From Negaprion brevirostris (Eukaryota), in the NCBI GenBank assembly GCA_030324005.1, contig JARDVH010000106.1, positions 28,197,315 through 28,261,314 on the forward strand: DNA of 64,000 bases, read 5' to 3'. Within the stretch, counting starts at the first letter, position 1, and every line of letters starts with the position of its first letter. A model generated the notes under the pieces. It saw only the letters and a list, made by a program, of their open reading frames with translations. It did no database searches and was not told where the DNA came from. Shown here one piece after another: positions 25,201 through 37,250 of the stretch. Position numbers and translations under genes: made by a program.

Positions 25201-26897
25201 TCTTTATTCATATCACTGTCCAGTAACTTGTTTTCCTTTTCTGTCTTCACCATTTCACTTTGCAATCATCTACCTCCATTTGTGTTTTCATTAACCAAGA
25301 TTTGTAACTACCCACCAGACCTTCATAGTGTTTAATCAAGACTTTTGGCTGCTACATCTCAGACTGAGTAAACGTCAACTTCTCCTTCTGCACCTGTGTC
25401 ACCTTGAGTGAATTAAGTCTATATGGATGAAACTTGTTTGGAACAGCATTCTCCCACATATAGCTCCATACGACTGTAATAATCTTTCAGATAATTTTGA
25501 TTTACCTCCAGAAGGTAACTCAATAATTTATCACAATTTCTGATTACTTCCTCATTGTCCAATCTAATTTGAGGCAAGTCAAATTCCGAATCATCTGGAT
25601 TTGTTTCTTCACTCTGAGTTGTTACAACTAACACACCCTCTTCTGCTTTTCTTCCCTACCAAAATAATATTTGAGCATATTAGCATGGCACATTCTGTGA
25701 ATCTTCCTTCTTTCTGGTGATCCTATCAAATCGTTGACTTCACTTGTTTTTCTTTCCAATTGATAAAGCCCACTAATGTTATAAGTCAGGTTAGAAATTT
25801 CAAACTTCATGGAGACCACCTGAACCATAAGTTTTGTATCCTGAATTTGGCTAGGATGAGTATGACATGTTTCACTTCAGGTATGATTCAACAACCCACT
25901 GGAGACCTTTTATCAAATGAAGTTTATTTAAAAGTATAGTTAACATGTATAGAAAGAAAATTAGCAATACTTTTTATGAATTACAAACAAAAAAACAAAG
26001 AAAACAACCATAATAATGTATTAACACTTAATCGAATATTAAAGCTGTTCCAACAAACCAAAATCTTTTTCACAGGCTTAACATAGCATAGATTAAAATT
26101 TCACTTGATTGGAATTGAGTCTTTTTTAAAGACTACACTTTCCTCTCAGAAGGCAAAGCATTGTCNNNNNNNNNNNNNGCAAAAATTTTCAATTGAAGAG
26201 AGAAAGAGACTTCAGCTACTTTCTTGCTTGATGCCTCTGCGAAAACTAAAAATTAAACTGTAGCTCCAAACACTCAAAGCTGATACGTGAGCCCCACTGG
26301 AAAGAAAATAAACTGTCCAAAAACACATGACATTTCCTCCTAACAGTGCAGGATCGTAAAACTAATCCCAGAGTAAACATAAACAACCCCAATTAAGCCT
26401 CTTTAGAAGCATTAAAAGGACAATTCCAGTCATGTCGGCAAAAATATCATCATGAAACTGTGAGCTAAGAAACTACTGAAGCTGTGAGAGCTGCAAAAAT
26501 CATGATTTTTTTTCTTAAAGGTACACTAATATCACACTAAACCTTGTTTTTAATTGTTCACTTACCACTGGTAATAATGCCAATATTTTTCTTTACTAGC
26601 AAAACTACAAATTTATGATTTCATATCCACTTCTTGTTTCATCACGTGTGCCACTTTTCAGTGCTATCTAGCCAACTCACTAGCCCTAGTTAATTACATC
26701 CGAAAATTTGACCCATAATCTAAAAAGGTAGTTTCACAATGTTGATTCATTTCTAGCTAAAATCAGTTATTATCCTGCATTCTGAGCATCTGCTGTATGT
26801 TTCCCAAACAAATCAGCCCTTGTAACAAAACACTGCCTCTTAAAGCAGCCCCACCTTAAACATAAAATGCATTAAAATAACACAGCAGCATCATCAG
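22293..26897 (-). mobile_element. Decayed Gypsy-type LTR retrotransposon
   Basis: Direct repeats 23870-24004 vs 26750-26897 and 23365-23435 vs 25865-25935. Minus-strand polypurine tract GAAGGGGGAGC abuts the TG start of the LTR at 24004. Integrase C-terminal remnant SPERRKIHRMCHANMLKYY at ~25660-25760. Confidence 0.7.
22320..23315. mobile_element. PIF/Harbinger-like MITE inserted in the LTR
   Basis: Inverted termini gggcccaattttac / gtaaaatctagccc (11/14 match); G-rich interior, partly N. Confidence 0.55.
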
Positions 26898-26984
26898 CCA
26901 GTTGTCAGCCGATGATTAACTTCTAATGGTTTTTCTCCATAGTGTTGAGGATATTGATCTTCAATTTTGAAGGGTTGGCAATCT

Positions 26985-27558
26985 ATGATTTGATTTGATT
27001 TCTTATTGTCACATGTATTAGTATACAGTGAAAAATATTGTATCTTGCACACTATACAGACAAAGCATACTGTTCATTGAGAGGGAGAGTGCAGAATGTA
27101 ATGTTACAATCATAGCTAGGATGTAGAAAAAGGTCATGCTAATGTGCAGTAGTTCCATTCAAAAGTCTGACAGCAGCAGGGAAGAAGCTATTCTTGAGTC
27201 AGTTGGTACGTGGCCTCAGACTTTTGTATCTTTTTCCTGATTGAAGAAGGTGGAAGAGAGTATGTCTGGGGTGCATGGGCTACTTAATTATGTTGGCTGT
27301 TTTCCTGTGGCAGTGGGAAGTCTAGACAGAGTCAATGGATGGGAGGTTGGTGTGAGTAATGGATTGGGCTTCGTTCATGACCTTTTGTAGTTTCTTGCAA
27401 TCCTGGACAGAGCAGGAGCCATACCAAGTTTTGATAGAACCTGAAAGAATGCTTTCTATGGTGCATCTCTAAAAGTTGGTGAGAATTGTAGCAGATATGC
27501 CAAATTTTCTTAGTCTTTTGAAAAAGTAGCACCTTTGGTGGGCTTTCTTAATTATAAC
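26985..27558 (-). mobile_element. Rex1/Babar-type LINE 3' fragment
   Basis: Minus strand resembles the Rex1 RT C-terminus (ESILS...WYGSCS) and ends in an (AAATC)n tail; homologous to 36585-37250. Confidence 0.75.
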
Positions 27559-27874
27559 AATCCTGACTATGGGGATAGAATGGGAGAATGGGACTGACTG
27601 GATTTCTCTGTGGAGAGCCAGTATGATCTCAATGGGCCAAATGGTCTCCTCTGTGGTGTAAATGATTTGACAGGGCGAATAGAGTGTTTCCTCTTGTAGG
27701 AGAATCTAGAACTAGTGGCCACCTTTTAAAAATAAGGGATCGCCCATTTAAGGCAGAGATGAGGAAAATTTTTTGTTCTCAGATGGTCATGAAACTTTAG
27801 GAATTGTCTTCCTCAAGGTCATTTGGCCCATTGAGAAACAATTGCACCCAGGCCCAATCTCTGTAAACCATAAG

Positions 27875-28650
27875 TCCATAAGATATAGGAGCAGAAGTAG
27901 GCTGCTCAGCCCATTGAGTCTGCTCCGCCATTCAATCGTGGCTGACATGCTCTTCATCCCCATTGCCCTGCCTTTTCCTCATAACCTTTCAACCAATTAT
28001 CAATTTAAAATCTGTCTAACTCCTCCTTAAACATACTCACTGTCCTAGCATCCACCGCACTTTGGGGTAGCAAATTCCACAGATGCACAACCCTTTGGGA
28101 GAAGTAATTTCTCCTCAACTCTGTTTTAAATTTGCTACCCCTTACTCTAAGACTCATTCTTCTAAATTCTTGAGAGTATAGGCCTAAACTGTTCAATCTC
28201 TCTTCATACAACAAACCCTGCATCTCTGGAATCAATCTAGTGAACCTCCTCTAAACTGCTTCCAATGCCACTGCATCTTTCCTCAAATATGGGGACCAAA
28301 ACTGTGCACAATACTCCAGGTGTGACTTCACCAATGCTTTGTATAGTTGCAACAATGCTTCCTTACCTTATATTCTATTCCTTTAGCTATAAGTGTCAAC
28401 ATTCCATTTGCTTTCTTTATTATCTGGTGTACCTGCATGCTAGTTTTCTGTGACTTGTGAACGAGGACACCCAGATCCGTCTGCAGCAGAGCACCCTGAC
28501 ATCTCTCCCCATTTAAATAATAAGTTCCATTTTTACAACTAAAATGCATGACCGCACACTTATCCACCTTAAACTCCATCTGCCACATTTTGACCCATTC
28601 TCCTAACCTATCTATATCCATTTGTAAGGTTCTTACTTCCTCATTGCAGG
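27875..28650 (-). mobile_element. CR1 LINE 3' fragment
   Basis: ORFs 28005-28235 and 28328-28660 give LQMDIDRLGEWVKMWQMEFKVDKC and KFKTELRRNYFSQRVVHLWNLLP. Confidence 0.88.
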
Positions 28651-28662
28651 TATTTACCATGT

Positions 28663-29490
28663 ATTTACCCCGCTAATTTCCCTGGCACCAAGGGAATACT
28701 TACCACAGCCACTCAACATAACCTACGTAACCTGTAATGTGGGAGGAAACCGAAGCATCTGAAGGAAACCTACACAGATGCGGGGAGAACGTGCAAACTC
28801 CAAACAGGTTGGAATTGAACCCAGGTTCCTGGCGCTATGACACAGCAGTGCTACCTGATTGTTGGGAAGGAAGGGAGCGAAAGATTATCAGAGTAGATAA
28901 GAATGTCAAATTGCGGTTAAAATTAGATTAACCATTATTGAAAGGCAAAACAGGCTTAAAAGGCTGAGTGGCCTATTCCTGCTCCTTATTTGTATGTTTG
29001 TAAATTCTAAAGAATGGCATGGTGGCACAGTGGTTAGTTCTATTGCCTCACAATGCTAGAAACCAGGGTTTGATTCCCAGCTTGGATTGCTGTCTGTGTG
29101 GAGTCTGCACGTTCTCCCTGTGTCTGCATGGTTTCCTCTGGATGCTCCAGTTTCCTCCCACAGTCTGAAAGATGTGCTGGTTAGGTGCATTGGCTGTGCT
29201 AAATTCCCTTTCAGTGTAACTGAAAAGGAGCCAGAGTGTAGTGACAAGGGGATTCTCACAGTAACTTCACTGCAGTGTTAATGTAAGTCTACTTGTGACA
29301 CTAATAAATAAACTTAAAAACTGCGCCAGTTTTTATTGTTGGGAAGGAAGCAAGAGGGTAAAGATTATCGGGATAGGCAGGGATGTAAAGTTGACGTTAA
29401 AACTTGATCAACCACAACCTTACTGAATGGTGGAACAGGCTCAAAGGACAAAGGCCTCACTCCTGCTCCTAATTTGTGTGGTCATGTGTC
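28663..29490. mobile_element. Cluster: V-SINE (-, 28663-28852), CR1 tail (28856-29000), V-SINE (+, 29014-29316), second CR1 tail (29335-29490)
   Basis: V-domain motifs on both strands; the two CR1 tails are diverged ~150-nt direct repeats beginning attgttgggaaggaag. Confidence 0.7.
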
Positions 29491-29494
29491 TTTA

Positions 29495-29691
29495 TTATAA
29501 TCAGTAATCTCTAAACTGTCTGTGCTTCATATGCTCTGTCTGAGGCCAGAACTCTCCATTCACCTGACGAAGGGNNNNNNNNNNNNNNNNNNNNNNNNNN
29601 NNNNNNNNNNNNNNNNNNNNNNNNNNNNNNNNNNNNNNNNNNNNNNNNNNNNNNNNNNNNNNNNNNNNNNNNNNCCGGCATACCCACATCA
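29495..29691 (+). mobile_element. Penelope-like terminal repeat, partly N, next to the promoter
   Basis: agaactctccattcacctgacgaaggg... and ...ccggcatacccacatc match 8418-8560, including the start of the hammerhead core. Confidence 0.65.
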
Positions 29692-29799
29692 TCTTTATTA
29701 GAAATCAGACCTTTAGAGCTGGACTTCAGTCCACTAATCCGACTGCCAAGATGCGCCACTTCTCATTTCTCTCCATTGCTGCAATGAAGCACGTTGTAC

Positions 29800-30950
29800 C
29801 ACTAGAGGCTGAATGGGTCATCGCAAGCCCCACACACACGCCGATGGGGATCCAATGCCAACCCGTTGACACAAGCGCCAGTCCAAGAGCCAGGAGGATG
29901 CTGTGATTGACAGCGCGCCAGGCGAATGGCAAGCGGCAGCCACGCCCAGGTGGCTCTGATTGACAAGGAAGTGAAACCAATGAGTGGTCCGGACGCGCCC
30001 CCGGCGCCTGCTGATTGGCGGAAGGCTGGCCGCCGGCTCCTCTTGNNNNNNNNNNNTTCGATGCTGTAATCGAGTAAACAACGGAGCGAATTTTATGGCG
30101 GGAGGGGAGGAAAAATAAACTTCAATTTCCAGCATCGTCAAATATAAAGCAGCCGCTGTCAGCCAGTGAACTGCTCCGGGTTCATTCTCCTCCAAAGCCG
30201 GAGGAAAATAGAAGATGGAGAGCCCGTTGAATGGGAGGAAGATTCGAGAAGAATAGAGGGAGGAAAGGAAGAGGAGGAGGGAGAGGGATAAAGGACGATT
30301 CGAGAAGGGGAAGTGAAGGAGGATTCGAGAAGGCAATTTTCCGTCTCCAGAGTGCAAACAGCTTAGGTTGGTGGNNNNNNNNNNNNNNNNNNNNNNNNNN
30401 NNNNNNNNNNNNNNNNNNNNNNNNNNNNGAGGAGGACAACAGCTGTGAATAGATTGGGGGGGGGAGACAATAACTTCGGAGCCCAAGAGAGGAAACTGGA
30501 AACAAAATCGGTAAGAAGGGAAATTTAAAGCGTCTGCCTCTAAATAATTGTTTTTCAAATGCTGTACCGTAAGCGCGCACAACGGAGGAAATCACCGCCC
30601 CTCTTCATTTTTTTGTGTTAAATCCATTTCCGAATTATGTACCATTTTATTTATACATAACATATACACACATACATGTGTGTAACTCCTGGTTCACCCG
30701 GCTGCCATCCACGACTGTCCGAAGCGTTTATTCCGACTCTTCCTCCATTTTACAGGAATGAGTTGTGCCCTTGATTTTCGAGGATCCGTGTTATTGTTTG
30801 GCTTCCCTGGGCAGGGGGAGGGTCTCACGTTTCCTCAGCAACTGGAAAGCGAGAAATCAACGTCGTCCTGCCCCCACCCCGACTGCGAAATTTGTATTCC
30901 CATTTGTGGAAAACGCGGGGCTCTATTCCCCATCGCCCAGTGAATCTACT
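29800..30950 (+). promoter_or_regulatory. CpG-island promoter and non-coding exon 1, probably of SLC5A3
   Basis: The only clearly CpG-dense unique stretch in the window. CCAAT at 29977-29981, ATTGG at 30014-30018, TGATTGACAG at 29904-29913, TGATTGACAA at 29957-29966, TATAAA at 30143-30148. Candidate donors TCG|GTAAGA (30511) and ACC|GTAAGC (30569). Confidence 0.7.
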
Positions 30951-33084
30951 GAAAGGCATTTTGCCCTCCCTCCTTGGGTGGCAATAATTTTCATTTGGAG
31001 CGCATACAGCTTTGCCCAGAAATCTACATAAAAATCCTTTCTGACTTTCATTTTGCTAAAGCCGAAAATAAGTCAAGGATTTAACCGAAGGGAAGAACCG
31101 AATTTGTACATTTGTAGGAATGTTAGAACTGGAATAGGTCATCAAGCCTCTTTTGCCAGTCAGGCAAATAGTGGCAGATTTGTCTATTTTACCCACATTT
31201 TCTCCACATTTCTTTATGCCCCCTATCTGAAAATCATCCTCTGATGAAAATTGTGGTCAACAGCAGCCACAGCCTTGACTCTTGAAATCTATTTTTTTAG
31301 TGTGGATTTCCATTTCCATTCCCATTCCCACAAGTTTGAAGCTTTCCCACTGTTCTATTTGCCCTTTCTTCAAGCACTCTGGTTGCTCTCTTGTTTAGGT
31401 GATGACCGTCATGCTTATATAGACCTTTCTGATTCCAGAAGGCATCCTAGTGTCCCAGGATTCTAGAACTGTCCATTTTGCATGATGCTTCCAGCCAAGT
31501 GTTAGAAGTTCTTTCTTTCTCATCCAGTAGAGAACTTGGGATTTGAACCACAATTACTTCCCTAGGTTCTGCTTCTTAATTTGGAACTGAATTCTTTGCA
31601 GTTTCCTGATAGGTCCTTAAATCTACTCCTAGCCATGCTATTGATCCCCATTGTGAAGTATGATGCTGGTTGCTCACTGCTTTCCAGGAGCTTTTGATCT
31701 GTCTCCGTTATGCTTATGTCTCTGACACCTGAGAAGTGTCATGCAATTTCAAACTATAGATCAAGACTATAAAAATATTTGATCTTGAACCCCTCACCCT
31801 AGAATCCCACACAACCATTACTTTCCTGTTCTTAATATCTGCACTACTCATTGCTCACTATGGTGAAATTACTCATGGTTGCCGTCTTTATGAACATTGG
31901 GATTGTTAAATGCAAAAATAACAAGGTATGTCTAGTTCACCTCGTGCTCTCCTGGTCATTGCATAATGCAAAGAAAAATTATTTTTTAGCCTTTTTGTCC
32001 ACATCGCTGGTACCTAAACACCTATGCCTATTTGACAATTTCAGCTCAGCAGATGATCCCCTTTCTACCCTCATCTGTGGCTTCTTAACCTAACTGCTGA
32101 TGGTCACTCAGTCTCCTGTGAATGCTTCACTACTAGCAACCTGTGAGGTGACAACCTTCTGGAATGCCTGCTCCAGAAAGCCTTCTCCCTGCCAAATGTT
32201 ACTGTGTGTCCGGTTGCCCCTCGAGGCCTGGATTGTGGTTAGCTACCTTGGATTTGTATTGTTTTTCCATTGCAAGATGAAGCAGTATCATTATTTCTGA
32301 TGAATAAACGAGCAAAATAAACTTTTTAAAAAAAGGTCAATTGCAAGTTATGTTTATAATCTCATGGTTAAAGCAGGTGTTGGGTGCTCCATCCAATTAA
32401 GATGGTATGTGAGCCATATCCTCCTGTTGTATCTTCTGGATTTCTGTTGCCAGGAGCAGTTCGGACTGGGAATAAGTGTGACGAGTGCTTCAGTTCATTT
32501 GAGAGACGGCAGGCCCAAGTCACGATACGAAGAAAGGACCTGTGGGAATTTTTCACATTCCTCATGAATATGTGGTCCAGGCAGTGACAGAGGACTGTTA
32601 AGATTTTGGAGCTTTTATTTTTAAACTCGAAGAAATGCTAAATGAAGTACGGTAATCAACTTGAAACTTTTTTGTTTGATTTTTAAATACAAATTTGTAG
32701 CTCTAGTTTGACCTAACAGCCTGTTATGTTCTTTATGTAAGTCAGATAAAGATGAACTTATGTACAACTACCAATGCACATCTGAACTGTTCTTGTATGT
32801 CAGCAAGAGATTTTACATATTTTCTTCATAAGATTGAGTTTTGGTTCTTGGAAAATTCTTGATGCTTATGAAAGTCAAGCTTTTGCTTTGAACGTGATTA
32901 AAAGTTATTGGGACAAAGATCAATCAAAAATGGTGGCCTCCTATTTCTGAAACACACGTNNNNNNNNNNAACTGAAGGCACTCAATGCTGTAAACACAAA
33001 CGTCAATTTGTATATGCGTGTCTGTCTGTGTTCAGTCAAAGGGTATTGTACCCCCCTCCCCAAAAACTGGCACATTTCTTTATA

Positions 33085-33230
33085 CTTTCAAGTCTGTGCT
33101 TCCCTTTTGCAAATGAGATGCCATGTTATTTACATTACAACAGTGCATATACTTAAAAAAAAGTATCTGTCTAAATTAATTTGGGAACATTCCAAGGTGG
33201 TGAAAAGTGCTGTATAAAATGTAAGGGCTT
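33085..33230 (+). mobile_element. Deu-SINE/L2-type tail fragment
   Basis: ttacattacaacagtg...gtgaaaagtgctgtataaaatgtaag. Confidence 0.45.
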
Positions 33231-35525
33231 TAATTCCCCCTTTCCAGTCTTTTAAATTGACCAGATAGCACTAACCATTTTCTTTCTTCATTGTAATAAA
33301 TTATAAAGTTGCTCTTGCAGCATGTTAAACACTTCATTAAATGAAATGAAGTTTCACTGCTTGCATACTTAAGCAAGAAGCTTGATTACTGCAACTTGAT
33401 GAAATGTTGACCATTAATCTGTGAATTTTTCCAGTTATTGATTTTTTTAAAAATTCTGTTTCTCAGCTTTCTTTTGCCTTATTTTCCTGGCTGTGAATGC
33501 TTGTCAATTGGGTCAGTTGTCCCTACTCTCCCTTCACAGCTATGTTTCTTTCCCTCTGAGGATGCTCTTTATTTCCAGATGCCCATTTATTTTCAAGCTT
33601 GAGCCAATTGTTTTCTTGTGGTCCAAATGCCTTTGCTACATTCAAACTAGTGAATAGGATCTTGATTGCGGGATGGTCTTCTGCTGATTCTGTGCAGTGC
33701 ACTGACCACAAATTATAAATGTGTAGACCTTGGCTCTGAACACTGCAATATTCCAACCCTCAATACTTACTCTAGGATGATACATTATCTGCAACTTGGC
33801 CATTGTTTCTCATTTAAACTGGTCATTGCTGTAGCTTGCAACCAGTGTGCCAAAAGTAAGCCATGGGGCTTTACTATGTTCACATAAGTAGTAGTTTTGA
33901 ACATGGAAAGGGTGGTCCTGCAAATTGTATGATCAAGTCTACCTGTTATTAGTATGTACAGAATTAATATAAACATAGCTTAAGTATTGGCAGTATTGTA
34001 AAATGCAATACTTAATACATAAATAATGTCAGTTCTAAGGGCTTATCTTTGTAGCTCAAATGCTGTTTTTACTTAAAGCCCAGTTTTTAAAAATTTGCAG
34101 TAGTTCAAGTTTATTGTATGATTAAACATAAGGTGATAATCTGATCCAGTCAAAGCCTTTTGGCAAATTTTTGTAATGATCCTGCAACAAATCCCAAACT
34201 ATTGGATTTACTTTGAATCAAAATGCAGCAAAGTTCAAGTTCAGTTACAGTAAATAGTCAGCTCAGCTTCAAATTGCTACACTGTCGACATTGATTCAAA
34301 GAGTGATTAATTCAAAACTCTCTAATCAAAAGTATGTGCTACATGCTGTACTTTAGGTTGTGTGCCTGACTGAATGAAACTGACTGCATTCTTTGCAAAA
34401 AAAAGTTGTGATCCTGAGATTGACCCATTTTCCGTAGCTGAACTGCAGTGCTCACTTTTCAAAACTGCTGGTAACTAAGATGGTGAGTTTTTTTTAAACA
34501 GAGGTACCAATTTTCTATTGATCTGTGAAATGTATTCTACCGAATCTTAAAGGCTGAACAAGGAAAGTTATTGCTTTGATTCTCTAAAAACAAATAGTAT
34601 AGTTCTCATGGTAATGCTGTTCCATTGGTAAGTGAATTTCACTAGCAACCAAGTTTGTTCGATCAAGTTTCTTTGGCATCTGCAATCGTATCTCCAAACA
34701 GTCATTTTTATATTTTCTTCAAAACATAATACAGTTGATGTATACATATATAAAATCTTTAATTGTTTTGAATGCTTATTTATGATGTTTGTACAAAATA
34801 AGATTATAATTTTAAAAATTGTGATGCTTGACAATGCTAGAATCTGTCCTTTTAGTAGGAAACAGAGTTGGCCTGTGCTTTCCTGAGCGATTTGGGGCTG
34901 GTAAGTGACACATGGAAAAGTTACAACCCAGGTTGTTGCTTTTAGTGATCTTCGGAAATGTTGATTTACAGAAGTACAAGTTTGGGTAAAACAGAGTAAG
35001 CATCTGTTCACGATTGTTCCTACGGTTGTTTCCATCACTGGAAGACGAATGTTTATTTTCTTTTGAAACCACTGAGGTCTAAGTACTTAATAGAGATGGC
35101 AATTAGTTACATGCTATCATGGAATCTAGTCTAAATTAGGATCTTTGGAATTTTCCATCATTTTGAGGAAAGGTGGGCAGAAACTCTGAACATCTGGCTT
35201 TATGGCAAATGCTTTTATTACAGCCCTAACATCTAGTTCAGTTAACTTAAGAACTAAGGCTGAGGTCAGCAGTAAAGCCTACAGAAGGATGGAACTGATA
35301 TTGCAGCACATAAGATTGAGAACCCATCAGGTTAAAATAAATCAAGCCAGAATGCTGCTTTGAATTTAGGTTTCCATTGAAATTTGCAAAACTGTGATAG
35401 TTGTCATGGGAATTAGGTGTTATTGNNNNNNNNNNNNNNNNNNNNNNNNNNNNNNNNNNNNNNNNNNNNNNNNNNNNNNNNNNNNNNNNNNNNNNNNNNN
35501 NNNNNNNNNNNNNNNNNNNNNNNNN

Positions 35526-35652
35526 TGAACGCCCTTAAAGTTGGCGAGTCCACAACTGCTGCAGGCAGGGCATTCCACGCCCTTACTGCCCTCTGAGTAA
35601 AGGACATCCGTCCTATAATTACCACCCCTCAATTTAAAGCTATGTCCCCTCA
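35526..35652 (-). mobile_element. CR1 LINE fragment
   Basis: RGHSFKL...FTQRAVRAWNALPAAVV. Confidence 0.75.
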
Positions 35653-36169
35653 ACAACTCAACTAAATCTCAGCACCTTCAGCAATGCAGCATCGTATCAG
35701 GAGTGAAGTGTCAGTCTAGATTACAGGCTTAATTTGGCACATATTTTGTACTCACAGTGATCTGACACAGGAGAAAGGCGGAGAGCAATCAGTTTAGACA
35801 AAACTACACTAAAAGAATGATGATTTTGTTAGGAAAAGTAAATAAGGAAAGTATGCTAGCTGATGCATTGGAATCAGAGGAGATAGATTTCCCGAATGTA
35901 TCAAAGAGCAGGCTGCTGATGGACCAGAACACCAAACGTACTTTCATTGTTAGGGACAACCAATCTCATTTGTATCATTCATCCAATAAATGGCAACCTC
36001 AAACAATATCATTTCACTTCTTATAAGAGCTTAATGTCAACTAATGTTTCAGGTAATTAGGAGCTAAACAAAAACAGATTGTGCATTTAGCATTTGTTTC
36101 ATTAAGATCAATTGCAAGAATAATCTGAAAGCATGAGCTACATGAAGTGGCAGCATTGGCTTGGTGAAA

Positions 36170-36461
36170 AAAATCATTGAATTCCAATAGTGCAGGAAGA
36201 GGTTGTTCAGATCATCGAGCCTGCGCAATCCCAGCCAGGCCCTATCCCGTAATCCCGCGTATTTACCCTGATAATCCTCCCACACTAGGCTCAATTTAAC
36301 ATAGCCAATCAATCGAGCCCACACATCTTTGGACTGTGGGAGAACCCAGAGGAAACCCACACAGACACGAGAAGAACATGCAATCTCCACACAGAGGCCA
36401 GAATTGAACCTGGGTCTTTTGCGCTGTGAGGCAACAGTGCTAACCATTGTGCCACCGTGTC
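36170..36461 (-). mobile_element. V-SINE (HE1-like)
   Basis: Reverse complement of gacacggtggcacaatggttagcactgttgcctcacagcgc..., with V-domain. Confidence 0.8.
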
Positions 36462-36584
36462 ACCCTATCATGCTTTCAACTCTGTGCTGAAAGGTTATGT
36501 GATCAGGTCCCCCCGCCAAGGGTGTGAGCATAAGGGCTGGGCTGGCATTCCTGTGCGGCACTGAGATCCCATCTTCCTCCTGAG

Positions 36585-37250
36585 ATTTGATTTGATTTAT
36601 TATTTCACATGAATTAACACACAGTGCAAAGTGTTGTTTCTTGCGCACTGTACAGACAAAACATGCCGTCCATAGAGAAAGAAAGGAGACACTGCAGAAT
36701 GCAGTGTTAAAGTCATAGCTAGGGTATAGAGAAAGATCAACTTAATGCAAGGTAGGTCCATTCAAAAGTCTGACGGCAGCAGGGAAGAAGCTGTTCTTGA
36801 GTGGGTAGGTATGTGACCTCAGACTTTTGTATCCTTTTCCCAATGGAAAAAGGTGGAAGAGAGAATGTCCGGGGTGCATGGGGCCCTTAATTATGCTGGC
36901 TGCTTTGTCGCGGTAGCAGGACGTGTAGACAGAGTAAATGGATAGGAGGCTGGTTTGCATGATGGATTGGGCTACATTCACAACCTTTTGTAGTTCCTTG
37001 CCGTCTTGGGCAGAGCACGATCCATACCAGGCTGTGATACAACTCGAGAGAATGCTTTCTATGGTGCATCTGTAAAGGTTGGTGAGAGTTATAGCTGACG
37101 TGCCAATTTCCTTAGTCTTCTGAGAAAGTATAGGCGTTGGTGGGCTTTCTTAACTATAATTCAACATGGAGAGGGACCAGGACAGGTTGTTGGTGATCTG
37201 GACACCTAAAAACTTGAAGCTCTCAACCCTTTCTACTTCATCCCTGTTGA
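36585..37250 (-). mobile_element. Rex1/Babar-type LINE 3' fragment
   Basis: KAASIIKGPMHPGHSLFHLFPLGKGYKSLRSHTYPLKNSFFPAAVRLLN and an (AAATC)n tail. Confidence 0.8.

Larger units (their letters stand above)
22246..26984. mobile_element. hAT-like non-autonomous DNA element hosting nested insertions
   Basis: Inverted termini tgggttgccaac (22246) and gttggcaatc (~26973-26982). Flanked by gctatggg / actatggg (the latter at ~27566, after a Rex1 insertion), inside a split CR1 tail. Confidence 0.5.

Noticed and set aside
29511-29759. Minus-strand ATG CCG next to an N run as a possible MRPS6 start (MP...)
   Set aside because: It is the end of the Penelope-like terminal repeat (ccggcat...ccacatc), and the next base does not fit an Arg codon.
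29818-30595. 254-aa and 137-aa minus-strand ORFs over the CpG island
   Set aside because: Low-complexity translation of GC- and purine-skewed promoter DNA with Ns; no protein-family features.
32849-35157. TonE/ORE-like TGGAAANNYNY matches in the intron (~32849, ~33423 minus, 35147 minus) and at ~16123
   Set aside because: Biologically plausible for SMIT1, but a rough estimate gives about ten chance matches in a window of this size and composition, so they are not distinguishable without conservation data.
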